Counted from the first letter of the stretch, positions 50,745 through 58,711 are shown. The stretch is DNA of 64,000 nucleotides from Kiloniellales bacterium (GCA_041617155.1 JBFJPL010000004.1:5898-69897), one strand, 5' to 3'. Numbers and translations are program-made. Notes: generated from the letters alone by a model not told the origin.

Positions 50745-52097
50745 ATGGCGGGGACCGCGGCCGGCAGGCGGCCCCGCAGGGTCTTGGTTGGGCCCCTGCT
50801 TGGCCTTGGCCTGGCCGGCCTGGCGGCCGCCGCCTGCGACGAGATCGACATCGAGCAGGCAAGAGACTGTGAGAATCTGGTCGCGGCCTTCGCGGAACCC
50901 GGGCCGTTCGAGGTCGTCGGCCGGGAAAGCGACCCCTCGGCCGACAACGCCGTCATCATCCGTTTCCGAAGCCGGGGGAGGACGGAAGAACGCTGGATCT
51001 CCTGTCGCTTCGGCGGCGAGGGCTTCGAGCTTGGCCGCCGGGCCTTGCTCGGCGTCAGCACCGACCGCGACGGTGCGCTCTCCGACATCCAGCTGGAGCT
51101 CCTGAAACGCTTTTGGCTGGCCCAGGTCGCCGCCGAGCCCGCGACCGGCGCAGCGCCGCCGGAGCGCGGGCCGGCCCTTCACCTGCTCTATTTCCTCCAG
51201 CAGCTGGTCAACGCCCTGGTGGTCTGCTGCGTTTACGGGCTACTGGCGGTCGCCTACACGCTGGTCTACGGCATCATCGGCCGGATCAACCTGGCTTTCG
51301 GAGAGCTGGCGACCATCGGCGCCTTCGCCGCACTGCTCGGCGTCGCGCTCTTCGCGGTCGCCGCGGGCATGGTTCTGCCGCTGGCCCTGCTGGCCGCCTT
51401 GATCCTCGCCATGGCGGTCAGCGCGCTCTATGGCTGGATCACGGAGCGAATCGTGTTCCGGCCGCTCAGGAACAGCGAATCCCAGGCGCCGCTGATCGCC
51501 ACCATCGGCCTCGCCGTATTCCTGCAGGAGTATCTGCGCCTGGCCCAGGGGTCGCGCGACCGCTGGCTGCAACCGGTGTTCGGCGAGCCGCACCTGATCG
51601 CCGCGGTCGAGGGGTTCCCGGTCTTCATCACCACGGCGCAGGTCCTGATCGTGGCGCTGGCCGCCGGGCTTTACCTGCTGCACCGGCGGGCGATCGAGCC
51701 CGGCGGCTTCGGCCTGGCTTGGCGGGCCTGCGCCCAGGACGCGCCGATGGCCGCGCTGTGCGGCATCGACGTCGGCCGCACGGTCGCGCTGAGCTTCGTT
51801 CTGGCCGGCGCCTATGCCGCGGCGGCCGGCTTTGTCGTGACCCTCTACTACGGCGGTGTCAGCTTCCACATGGGCGCCCTGCTCGGCTTCAAGGCGCTGA
51901 CCGCGGCCATCGTCGGCGGCATCGGCTCGGTGCCCGGCGCCTTCCTGGGCGGCATCCTGATCGGCCTCCTGGAGACCTTCTGGTCGGCCTATTTGACGAT
52001 CGCCTACAAGGACGTCGCGATCTTCGGCGTGCTCGCCCTGATCCTGGTGTTCCGTCCCGACGGCCTGCTCGGCAGAGCCGATCCAATGATCCGCTAA
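50745..52097 (+). CDS. LivH-like branched-chain amino acid ABC permease with an N-terminal extension of about 150 aa
   Basis: From about residue 155 it is a canonical LivH N-terminus, FLQQLVNALVVCCVYGLLAVAYTLVYGIIGRINLAFGE, followed by the multi-TM core. The preceding region starts with a signal/lipobox-like LGLGLAGLAAAAC. Confidence 0.75.
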   Translation: MAGTAAGRRPRRVLVGPLLGLGLAGLAAAACDEIDIEQARDCENLVAAFAEPGPFEVVGRESDPSADNAVIIRFRSRGRTEERWISCRFGGEGFELGRRALLGVSTDRDGALSDIQLELLKRFWLAQVAAEPATGAAPPERGPALHLLYFLQQLVNALVVCCVYGLLAVAYTLVYGIIGRINLAFGELATIGAFAALLGVALFAVAAGMVLPLALLAALILAMAVSALYGWITERIVFRPLRNSESQAPLIATIGLAVFLQEYLRLAQGSRDRWLQPVFGEPHLIAAVEGFPVFITTAQVLIVALAAGLYLLHRRAIEPGGFGLAWRACAQDAPMAALCGIDVGRTVALSFVLAGAYAAAAGFVVTLYYGGVSFHMGALLGFKALTAAIVGGIGSVPGAFLGGILIGLLETFWSAYLTIAYKDVAIFGVLALILVFRPDGLLGRADPMIR

Positions 52098-53119
52098 CGC
52101 CCCAGGGTGGCGAAGAATTGCGCGATGCAGCGATCGTGCCAAGCGGCCGCGCTGCCGTTGCCGTGAAATCCCACATGCCCGCCCGAGGCCGCCAGCAGCG
52201 GCACCAGCTTGCGGTTGGCGGTCCAGTCGACCTGCCGGTAGAGGCGACCCGGAATCCAGGGGTCGTCCATGGCGTGGATCACCAGCGTCGGGACAGCGAC
52301 ATCGGCCAGGAAGCGCCGAGCGCTGGTCTGCCGATAGTAGTGTTCGGCCCCGTCGAAGCCGCCGCGCGGCGCGACGACGACGTCATCGAACTGGTAGATC
52401 GAGCGGATCCTCTCTATGGCGCGCCGCTGGCTGTCGCCGAGCCCGGCCGGAGTGGCCAGGCTCTCCGCCTTCATGCGACCGAGCAGATAGCGGTGATAGA
52501 GCGCGTTGCGCGGTGCCATCATACGCTCCTGGGTCGCCTTGAGGTCGATGGGAGCCGAGACCGAAGCCGCGGCCCGCAGCGGGAAATCGCCCGCATGCTC
52601 GGCCAGGAACTTGAGCAGCATGTTGGCGCCCAGCGAATAGCCGACCAGCACCAGACCCCGCGCGGCAAGATCGGGGGCCTGGGTGCCGAGCACCTTGAGC
52701 GCGTCGCGCAGATCCTCGCTGCGGCCCGCGTGGTACTGAAACCGGCAGAGCGGGCGAGACGGCCCGGCGCCGCGCAGGTTGAGCCGCAATACAGGATAGC
52801 CTTGTTCCAGAAGGTGGCGGGCCGAGGCCCGGATGTAGCTCGAATCCTCGCAGCCGGTCAGGCCGTGGATCAGCACGGCGAACGGCCGTCCCGGCTCGGC
52901 CCCGGGATCGTGCAGCATGGCCGCCAGGCGGTCGCCGCTGGCGTCGCCGAGCGGCAGTTCCAGCCGGCGCCCCGGCCAGGGCGATAGGTCCGCGGGCCGG
53001 CCGTGGATGTAGTTGCGCAAGGTCTGGAGATCGCCGCCCAGCCAGGGCGCGCGGGCGCGAAAAGCGGGGAAGTCCGCGCTGTCTTGGCTGGCCGGCCTGT
53101 CGAGAGCTACATCCATCAC
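52094..53119 (-). CDS. Alpha/beta hydrolase (YheT/ABHD1-3-like)
   Basis: VLIHGLTG, nucleophile elbow VGYSLGAN, C-terminal GGHVGF. Confidence 0.8.
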   Translation of the reverse strand: MMDVALDRPASQDSADFPAFRARAPWLGGDLQTLRNYIHGRPADLSPWPGRRLELPLGDASGDRLAAMLHDPGAEPGRPFAVLIHGLTGCEDSSYIRASARHLLEQGYPVLRLNLRGAGPSRPLCRFQYHAGRSEDLRDALKVLGTQAPDLAARGLVLVGYSLGANMLLKFLAEHAGDFPLRAAASVSAPIDLKATQERMMAPRNALYHRYLLGRMKAESLATPAGLGDSQRRAIERIRSIYQFDDVVVAPRGGFDGAEHYYRQTSARRFLADVAVPTLVIHAMDDPWIPGRLYRQVDWTANRKLVPLLAASGGHVGFHGNGSAAAWHDRCIAQFFATLGR

Positions 53120-53264
53120 GATGATTTAGTGCACCGCCTGCCCGAGGGCCAGGGTTGTCCGCGCCGCCGTGTCGCGTGGCAAACGAAAGCCGACAGTGCG
53201 GAGGTTGCCGTCCAGGCCGTATCGGCCAAGAATAGGCCGTCCAGGCCCCGGAGCAAACGGCATC

Positions 53265-54218
53265 ATGTCAGCCAGCCAGACCGGCGGATCCAAGCCGCGG
53301 CCCTCGCCAGCCGAGCAGGCGCTCGCGGCCACCCGGCGCTGGGTCGACGACCTGTTCGAGCCGGTCGATGCGATCTCGCTGGTGTTCCTGCGCGTCAGCT
53401 TCGGCGTGATCATGCTGGTCGAGGTCTGGCGGTTCTGGGACCATGGCTGGATCGAGCGCTACTACATCCGGCCGGATTTCTTCTTCAAATACTATGGTTT
53501 CGCGTGGGTCCACCCGTGGCCCGGCGACGGCATGTACTGGCATTTCGTGCTGCTTGCCGTGCTCGCCCTGATGATCACCGTCGGGGCCTTCTACCGCCTT
53601 GCCTCGGTGCTGTTCTTCTTTGCCTTCAGCTATGTCTTCCTGCTCGACCAGGCGCGCTACCTCAATCACTTCTACCTGGTCATCCTGGTCGCCTTCCTGA
53701 TGATGCTGGTACCGGCGAGCCGGGCCTATTCGCTCGACGCGCTCTTGCCGTTCGGCGCGCATCGCCGCGACCGCCGCGTGCCATCCTGGTCGATCTGGCT
53801 GTTCCGCCTTCAGTTCGAGGTGGTCTACATCTACGCCGGCCTGGTCAAGATAAACCCGGACTGGCTGCGACTCGAGCCGCTCGGCATGTGGCTGGCGCGG
53901 CGCGACGACGCGCCCCTTATCGGCCATCTTCTGACCGAGGATTGGGTGGTGGCGATCGCCGCCTACGGGGTCATCATCTTGCATATCGTCGGGGCGCCGC
54001 TGTTGTTGTTCCGGCGCACGCGGATCTACGTGACCGCGGTCTATTTCGCCTTTCACTTGGCGAACCACTTCATGTTCCAGATCGGCATTTTTCCCTGGCT
54101 CACCATGGCCGGAACCATGATGTTCTTCGACCCCAACTGGCCACGCCAGCTCTGGCGATCGCTGAAACACCCGTTCGGCCGTGGCGCGCCGCTGCGCAAG
54201 GAAGCGCTGGATGTCTGA
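53265..54218 (+). CDS. HTTM-domain membrane protein, N-terminal part (vitamin-K-dependent gamma-carboxylase-like)
   Basis: DAISLVFLRVSFGVIMLVEVWRFW...IRPDFFFKYYGF...NHFYLVILVAFLMMLVPA...WLFRLQFEVVYIYAGLVKIN...FFDPNWP is the HTTM pattern. Ends at TGA 54216-54218. Confidence 0.75.
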   Translation: MSASQTGGSKPRPSPAEQALAATRRWVDDLFEPVDAISLVFLRVSFGVIMLVEVWRFWDHGWIERYYIRPDFFFKYYGFAWVHPWPGDGMYWHFVLLAVLALMITVGAFYRLASVLFFFAFSYVFLLDQARYLNHFYLVILVAFLMMLVPASRAYSLDALLPFGAHRRDRRVPSWSIWLFRLQFEVVYIYAGLVKINPDWLRLEPLGMWLARRDDAPLIGHLLTEDWVVAIAAYGVIILHIVGAPLLLFRRTRIYVTAVYFAFHLANHFMFQIGIFPWLTMAGTMMFFDPNWPRQLWRSLKHPFGRGAPLRKEALDV

Positions 54219-54753
54219 CGCTCCCGCCCGCACCCCGCCTTCCAAGGCCGAGAAGACCGTTTTGCTCGGCTTCATCGCGGCGTGGTTCGGGTTCCAGGTG
54301 CTCTTCCCCTTGCGCCACCTGCTCTATCCGGGCAGCCCGAGCTGGAACGAGGAGGGCCACCGCTTCGCCTGGCAGATGAAGCTGCGTGACAAGAAGGCGC
54401 GCGCGGTCTTCATCGTGCGCGACCCGGCGAGCGGCCGGGAATGGCGGGTCGCGCCCGGGCGTTACCTGTTGAGGCACCAGGCGCGGAAGGTGGCGACCCG
54501 GCCCGACATGATTCTCCAGTTCGCCCACCATCTCGAGCGGCTCTGGGCCGAGGAAAGGGGCATCGAAGGTGTCGAGGTGCGCGCGCGGGTCTGCGCCTCG
54601 CTGAACGGCCGCCCGGCGGCCCTGCTGATCGACCCGCGGCGGGATCTCACGAAGATAGAGCGCAGCTTGCGCCACGCCGACTGGGTGCTGCCGCTCGAAC
54701 AGCCTTTCAACCGCCCACCCTCCAGGACACGCCGCCGTGACCTCAGCTGCTGA
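54211..54753 (+). CDS. HTTM-protein C-terminal part (separate ORF in another frame)
   Basis: Starts inside ATGTCTGA (8-nt overlap with the previous ORF). Has a TM LLGFIAAWFGFQVLFPL, then LYPGSPSWNEEGHRFAWQMKLRDKK, a block normally found in the same chain as the HTTM domain. Confidence 0.65.
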   Translation: MSDAPARTPPSKAEKTVLLGFIAAWFGFQVLFPLRHLLYPGSPSWNEEGHRFAWQMKLRDKKARAVFIVRDPASGREWRVAPGRYLLRHQARKVATRPDMILQFAHHLERLWAEERGIEGVEVRARVCASLNGRPAALLIDPRRDLTKIERSLRHADWVLPLEQPFNRPPSRTRRRDLSC

Positions 54754-55153
54754 GCCGGAGCGCCCGGTCATCCTGTTCGACGGCGTCTGCAACCTCTGCA
54801 CCGCCAGCGTTCGCTTCGTGATCAAGCGCGATTCGAAACGGCGCTTCCGTTTCGCCTCGCTGCAGTCGCCGGTCGCTGAACAGCTTCTGGGATCGGAGCT
54901 GCAGCCGCACGACCGGCTCGGCTCGGTGATCCTTGTGCTGGGCGACAAGGTCTACCGAAAATCGACCGCCGCGCTGCAGACCGCCCGGCGGCTCGACGGC
55001 CTGTGGCCGCTTCTGGCGGTCCTGCTGATCATCCCCCGCCCCCTGCGCGACGCGATCTACGACTTTATCGGCAACCGCCGCTACCGGATGTTCGGCAAGC
55101 GCGAGCTCTGCTGGCGCCCGGACGGCGACCTGGGCGAGCGATTTCTGGACTGA
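54737..55153 (+). CDS. DCC-family thiol-disulfide oxidoreductase (DUF393)
   Basis: ILFDGVCNLCTASVRFV (DxxCxxC) and a C-terminal YDFIGNRRYRMFG. GTG start overlaps the previous ORF by 17 nt. Confidence 0.8.
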   Translation: MTSAAEPERPVILFDGVCNLCTASVRFVIKRDSKRRFRFASLQSPVAEQLLGSELQPHDRLGSVILVLGDKVYRKSTAALQTARRLDGLWPLLAVLLIIPRPLRDAIYDFIGNRRYRMFGKRELCWRPDGDLGERFLD

Positions 55154-55159
55154 GACGCT

Positions 55160-55375
55160 CTAAAGTTCCGGCGCATCGCGCAGGTAGACCAGCCAGTAGA
55201 CCAGAGCGACGAAGACGCTGCCGCCGAAGGCGACGAAAGCACCGGCCAGGAGGCCGAGGGTCGCGGTCTGCAGCGCCGGCATCCTGACCTTGGCGACGCC
55301 GACCCTTTCGACCCGGGCCGCGATTTGCGCCGGCGCATAGGCGTCGAAGCCATTGTCGGGCGGCGCTTGCGTCAT
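55160..55375 (-). pseudogene. Formate/nitrite transporter (FNT) remnant with an in-frame internal deletion (71 codons)
   Basis: The N-terminal 52 or so aa, AQIAARVERVGVAKVRMPALQTATLGLLAGAFVAFGG, match an FNT N-terminus plus TM1. The last 19 or so aa, SVFVALVYWLVYLRDAPEL, match the FNT C-terminal helix. TM2-5 are missing. Confidence 0.65.
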
Positions 55376-55636
55376 GGCCGGAGCGTTCCCCTGGCCCCCT
55401 GGCGGACCCGCATGCCCTCTAGTGCCATTGATCTTTCTAGCCGCCTGCCGGCGGTGGCCATAGCAACGCGATCGAGTCGGGCCGTCAAGCCCCGGAGCGG
55501 CCGTCGCCAAGCGCCTTATAACCGGCCGAAAGCACCTGCCATTTATCAAGCATTTGAAAAGGCTTTGTTAATCGGTTGGTAGGCATAATTCACGCTAGTT
55601 CTTTTGTGAAAACGACTGCCCGAGACGACAGAGGCA

Positions 55637-56293
55637 ATGCACGTTCTTTATGTCGAAGACAATCCGGCCGAGGCGCAGCTCGTCGAGGCCATGCTCCAGG
55701 ACGAGGGGCATTTGTGCCACACGACAGACCTCGGCCAACAGGCCGTGGTTCTGGCCAAGCGCAACAAGTACGACCTGATCATTCTGGACATCATGCTGCC
55801 CGACATCGACGGCTACGAAGTCATCGACAGGCTGCGCAAGTCCGATGTGCCCACGCCGGTCCTGCTGCAGACCGGACTGATGGACCGCGACAACCGGGCC
55901 GCGGAGCAGGGTCTTGGCGTCGACGACTACCTGATCAAGCCCTTCACCAAGAGGGAGTTGGACGAGCGCATCGAGGCCGTGCTGAAAAAGCCGGCGCAAC
56001 GGGCTCCTACGCGGGATCCGGGTGCCGAGCGCCGCAAGGACCCGCGCAAGGACCCAGTCGAGCGTCGGCAGCACAAGAGATTTTCGACGGTGAAGACCGC
56101 GGAGATCGTGCAGGACACCTTTCAAATGCCCTGCGTCGTGATGAACCAGTCTTACGGCGGCGCGGGCATTCGCCTGCCCAAGCCGGGCCTACACTGTCCG
56201 TCGAGCTTCGAACTGCGGTTCACCTCCGGCGCGATCCACAAGTGCGAGGTCTGCTGGCGCGACGGCGACAAGATGGGCGTCAAGTTCGTTTGA
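55637..56293 (+). CDS. Response regulator with receiver domain and C-terminal PilZ domain
   Basis: REC: DLIILDIMLPDIDGYEV and YLIKPF. PilZ: RRQHKR (RxxxR) followed about 20 aa later by NQSYGG (D/NxSxxG). Confidence 0.8.
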   Translation: MHVLYVEDNPAEAQLVEAMLQDEGHLCHTTDLGQQAVVLAKRNKYDLIILDIMLPDIDGYEVIDRLRKSDVPTPVLLQTGLMDRDNRAAEQGLGVDDYLIKPFTKRELDERIEAVLKKPAQRAPTRDPGAERRKDPRKDPVERRQHKRFSTVKTAEIVQDTFQMPCVVMNQSYGGAGIRLPKPGLHCPSSFELRFTSGAIHKCEVCWRDGDKMGVKFV

Positions 56294-56341
56294 ACGGTCC
56301 CGCCGGCGCGCGATGCTGTCGGGCGTTCCAGATCGAGCGGT

Positions 56342-56830
56342 TCAGGCTTTGGCGGTGCCGGCCGGCGCATCGTCCGGGACCAGGGCGCGCACCAACTCGA
56401 GCGACAGTCTGGCACAGGCGCAGCAGTCCTGACGGCGCCGGGCTCCTTGGAGTTCGTCGAGCTTGCGCCGGTCGGCGGCGGCCACCTCCTCCGGACGCTT
56501 GGCCAGCTGCTGGGCTCGAGCGATCGCCAGGAGCTCCGAAAGATCCAGCGTCTGGCCCGGTTCAGATTGACCGCATTGCGGATGATCCTTCAGGTGCTGC
56601 GCCAGGGTCAGGCTGAAGCTGTTGCATTCTCGGCAGCTATGGCGCGCCTGGGCGGCGGCGATGTCATCGACGATGAACCGCCGCACCCGCTGCGTGCCCT
56701 CCGGCGTGCGCAGTAACTGATGACCGAGCTCCAGGGCAACGATGGGCGGGATGTTCTCGTGCCGCGCGATGGCAGCAATCTCGTCCTCCGTCAGGTCTGC
56801 CAGATCCAGGCAATCCCTTAGGCTGAGCAT
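56342..56830 (-). CDS. Hypothetical Cys-rich protein
   Basis: 162 aa with good codon bias. Cys clusters CRECN, HPQC and CCAC. No family recognised. Sits downstream of the hemerythrin gene on the same strand. Confidence 0.55.
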   Translation of the reverse strand: MLSLRDCLDLADLTEDEIAAIARHENIPPIVALELGHQLLRTPEGTQRVRRFIVDDIAAAQARHSCRECNSFSLTLAQHLKDHPQCGQSEPGQTLDLSELLAIARAQQLAKRPEEVAAADRRKLDELQGARRRQDCCACARLSLELVRALVPDDAPAGTAKA

Positions 56831-56944
56831 GGCTTCGAGTTCCTTTGCCGGCTCAAATCCATAGATAATTTATGGAATTGTCAATCAGACTTGACGGCCT
56901 GTCAACCGGCCATTCCGGAACGGCGCCGACGCACCCCGAGGCGA

Positions 56945-57520
56945 TCAGGACGGCTGGCTCTTCAGGTTGTCCCGTTCCAGGTCGAGGATCATCTGGTGCA
57001 GGCCGCGAAATCGCCGCTCGACCGAGCGGCCGAACAGCGGGTCGTCCCAGTCGGTGAACTGGGCCTCGATCGCCGCCCAGTCTTCCGCGCTCAGGACCCG
57101 CAGGGCGAGAGGAAAGAAATGTTCCTCCTCCTCGGCCATGTGGCGCCGGTTGGTGTCGACAAACTCGCGTCCCAGGCTGCTGAACCACTGCCGCTGGGCC
57201 GCGTCGGGGTTGAGGATCTGATCGACCGTGGCCCTGGCGAAACGGCGGGTCAGCAAGGCGATGTCCTCGTGTCCCGTGAGCAGGTCGGCGAGAGGCTTCG
57301 CCTCGGCACTGCCCAGGGCGCGGAGCCTGAGGTAGATCAGGTCTTCCTTGGGGTGGTGAAAAAGCTCCGGATAGGTGAGAAAATAATCCAGTATGCCCTT
57401 GATGATATCGTAACCGGCCCGTTCGCCGGCCTCGACCGCCGCGAGCTGGCGGTCGAGAACGTCCAACAGCATGGCCATGTTGGTATGTTCCTGTCGCAGT
57501 ACGCTGAGCGCTTTCGGCAT
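56945..57520 (-). CDS. Hemerythrin (HHE cation-binding) domain protein
   Basis: LRQEHTNM, FHHPKEDLIY, HMAEEEEHFFP. ggagag RBS before the ATG at 57520. Confidence 0.8.
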   Translation of the reverse strand: MPKALSVLRQEHTNMAMLLDVLDRQLAAVEAGERAGYDIIKGILDYFLTYPELFHHPKEDLIYLRLRALGSAEAKPLADLLTGHEDIALLTRRFARATVDQILNPDAAQRQWFSSLGREFVDTNRRHMAEEEEHFFPLALRVLSAEDWAAIEAQFTDWDDPLFGRSVERRFRGLHQMILDLERDNLKSQPS

Positions 57521-57884
57521 GGCGGCTCTCCTCCGGCTGGCGTGGATCCTGGTGGACCCGAAACCCGGCCAATAGTGGCGCAGTACCGGCAGCGATACAA
57601 TCGAGCTAGCCGGCCGGTAGCCGCCCGTGTCCTCTTTGCGGCATGGGTAGGCGGTCCGGTATCCCGTTTCGATACGGTCGGGCACTCCCGAGTCGAAGGG
57701 GCCGGGAAAATGCGCCCGCGGAATCGGCGCTGCAACCTCCGGACCGCTGCGCGAATCCGAGCCATGTAGCTCGAAAACGACCGGCCGGCAGGAACCGCGA
57801 TGGCATCCGACCGGAGCAGCGACCGGCAGGCGGCCATCTGCTGCAAGCGCTATGGCATCGATCCGGTCGAACGGAGTGGCGCTC

Positions 57885-58271
57885 TCAGTCGGCTTCGAGC
57901 AGGCGGTTCGGCGCCCGCAGGATGACCAGGATCAGGCAGCCTTCGGACGCGCGGGAGAAATGGCGCGAGCCGGCGGCATAGCTGACGAAATCGCCGGGCT
58001 TGAATCGGTGACCATCGCAATCCTCCAGTTCGCCTTCGAGCACCAGGAATTCCTCAACTTCGCTGTGCTCGTGCGGCTGCGAGGCGCTGCCCGGATCGAA
58101 GCGCAAAAGGAAGCACTCCACACCGCCGGCGCCGCCGGCCTGGCCGAGCGGCAGCCACCAGAGGCCCGGTATCACCGTGCCGAAGCGATCGTAGGGCCGG
58201 AGCGCGGCCGTCGCGGTCGCGGTCACCCGGCGCAGGACCGGGTCGAGCAGTGCCGTTGTCCGTTGGTCCAT
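57885..58271 (-). CDS. Cupin-domain protein (ChrR-like cupin)
   Basis: LLRFDPGSASQPHEHSEVEEFLVLEGELED..GHRFKPGDFVSYAAGSRH is a cupin motif pair. Confidence 0.75.
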   Translation of the reverse strand: MDQRTTALLDPVLRRVTATATAALRPYDRFGTVIPGLWWLPLGQAGGAGGVECFLLRFDPGSASQPHEHSEVEEFLVLEGELEDCDGHRFKPGDFVSYAAGSRHFSRASEGCLILVILRAPNRLLEAD

Positions 58272-58319
58272 GGGTCGCCTCCCCTAGGAGTTCGATTCCA
58301 ACACTTCGTACACCAGACT

Positions 58320-58394
58320 GTCATTGCCGGGCCTGACCCGGCAATCCAGGGGCGGCCGGCAACCCTGGATGCTCGGGTCAAGCCCGAGCATGAC
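58320..58394. repeat. Head-to-head pair of REP-like hairpin units
   Basis: gtcattgccgggcctgacccggcaatccaggg (58320-58351) and the reverse-oriented ccctggatgctcgggtcaagcccgagcatgac (58363-58394). Confidence 0.8.
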
Positions 58395-58442
58395 AAGATA
58401 GGTGATGCCTCGGGTTTGGGACTCATATGTTTGATCTGGTCC

Positions 58443-58711
58443 CTAGTGGTCTAAACCAGACATATGGTACCCCTAGGACGGCCTTCCGAGGTCATCCGGC
58501 TAGGCGCGTGGCGCGGCGTGATGCCGGCGCATCACAAGCGCCGCGAACGACGCCGGGGGCTCGCAAGGCCGCCCGAAGGGTCGCCTTTGCCGTTTCCTCG
58601 GGGCGTCAGACACGCTTGACGATGCGCACGGCATCGCCCGCGCGCGCCTTCCTGCCGAGCAAACGGCAAAGGTGATCCTAGGGGTACCATATGTCTGATT
58701 TAGACCACTAG
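58443..58711 (-). mobile_element. MITE-like foldback element, family A, copy 2 (inverted relative to copy 1)
   Basis: 269 bp bounded by CTAG. TIRs tggtctaaaccagacatatggtaccccta / taggggtaccatatgtctgatttagacca. The interior is collinear with the reverse complement of 9777-10047. A degenerate extra terminus sits at about 58418-58446. Confidence 0.85.

Noticed and set aside
57337-57846. 169-aa and 112-aa ORFs in the 364-nt gap upstream of the hemerythrin gene.
   Set aside because: The translations are Arg/Ser/Pro-rich and low-complexity. They partly overlap the hemerythrin coding region out of frame and show no coding periodicity.
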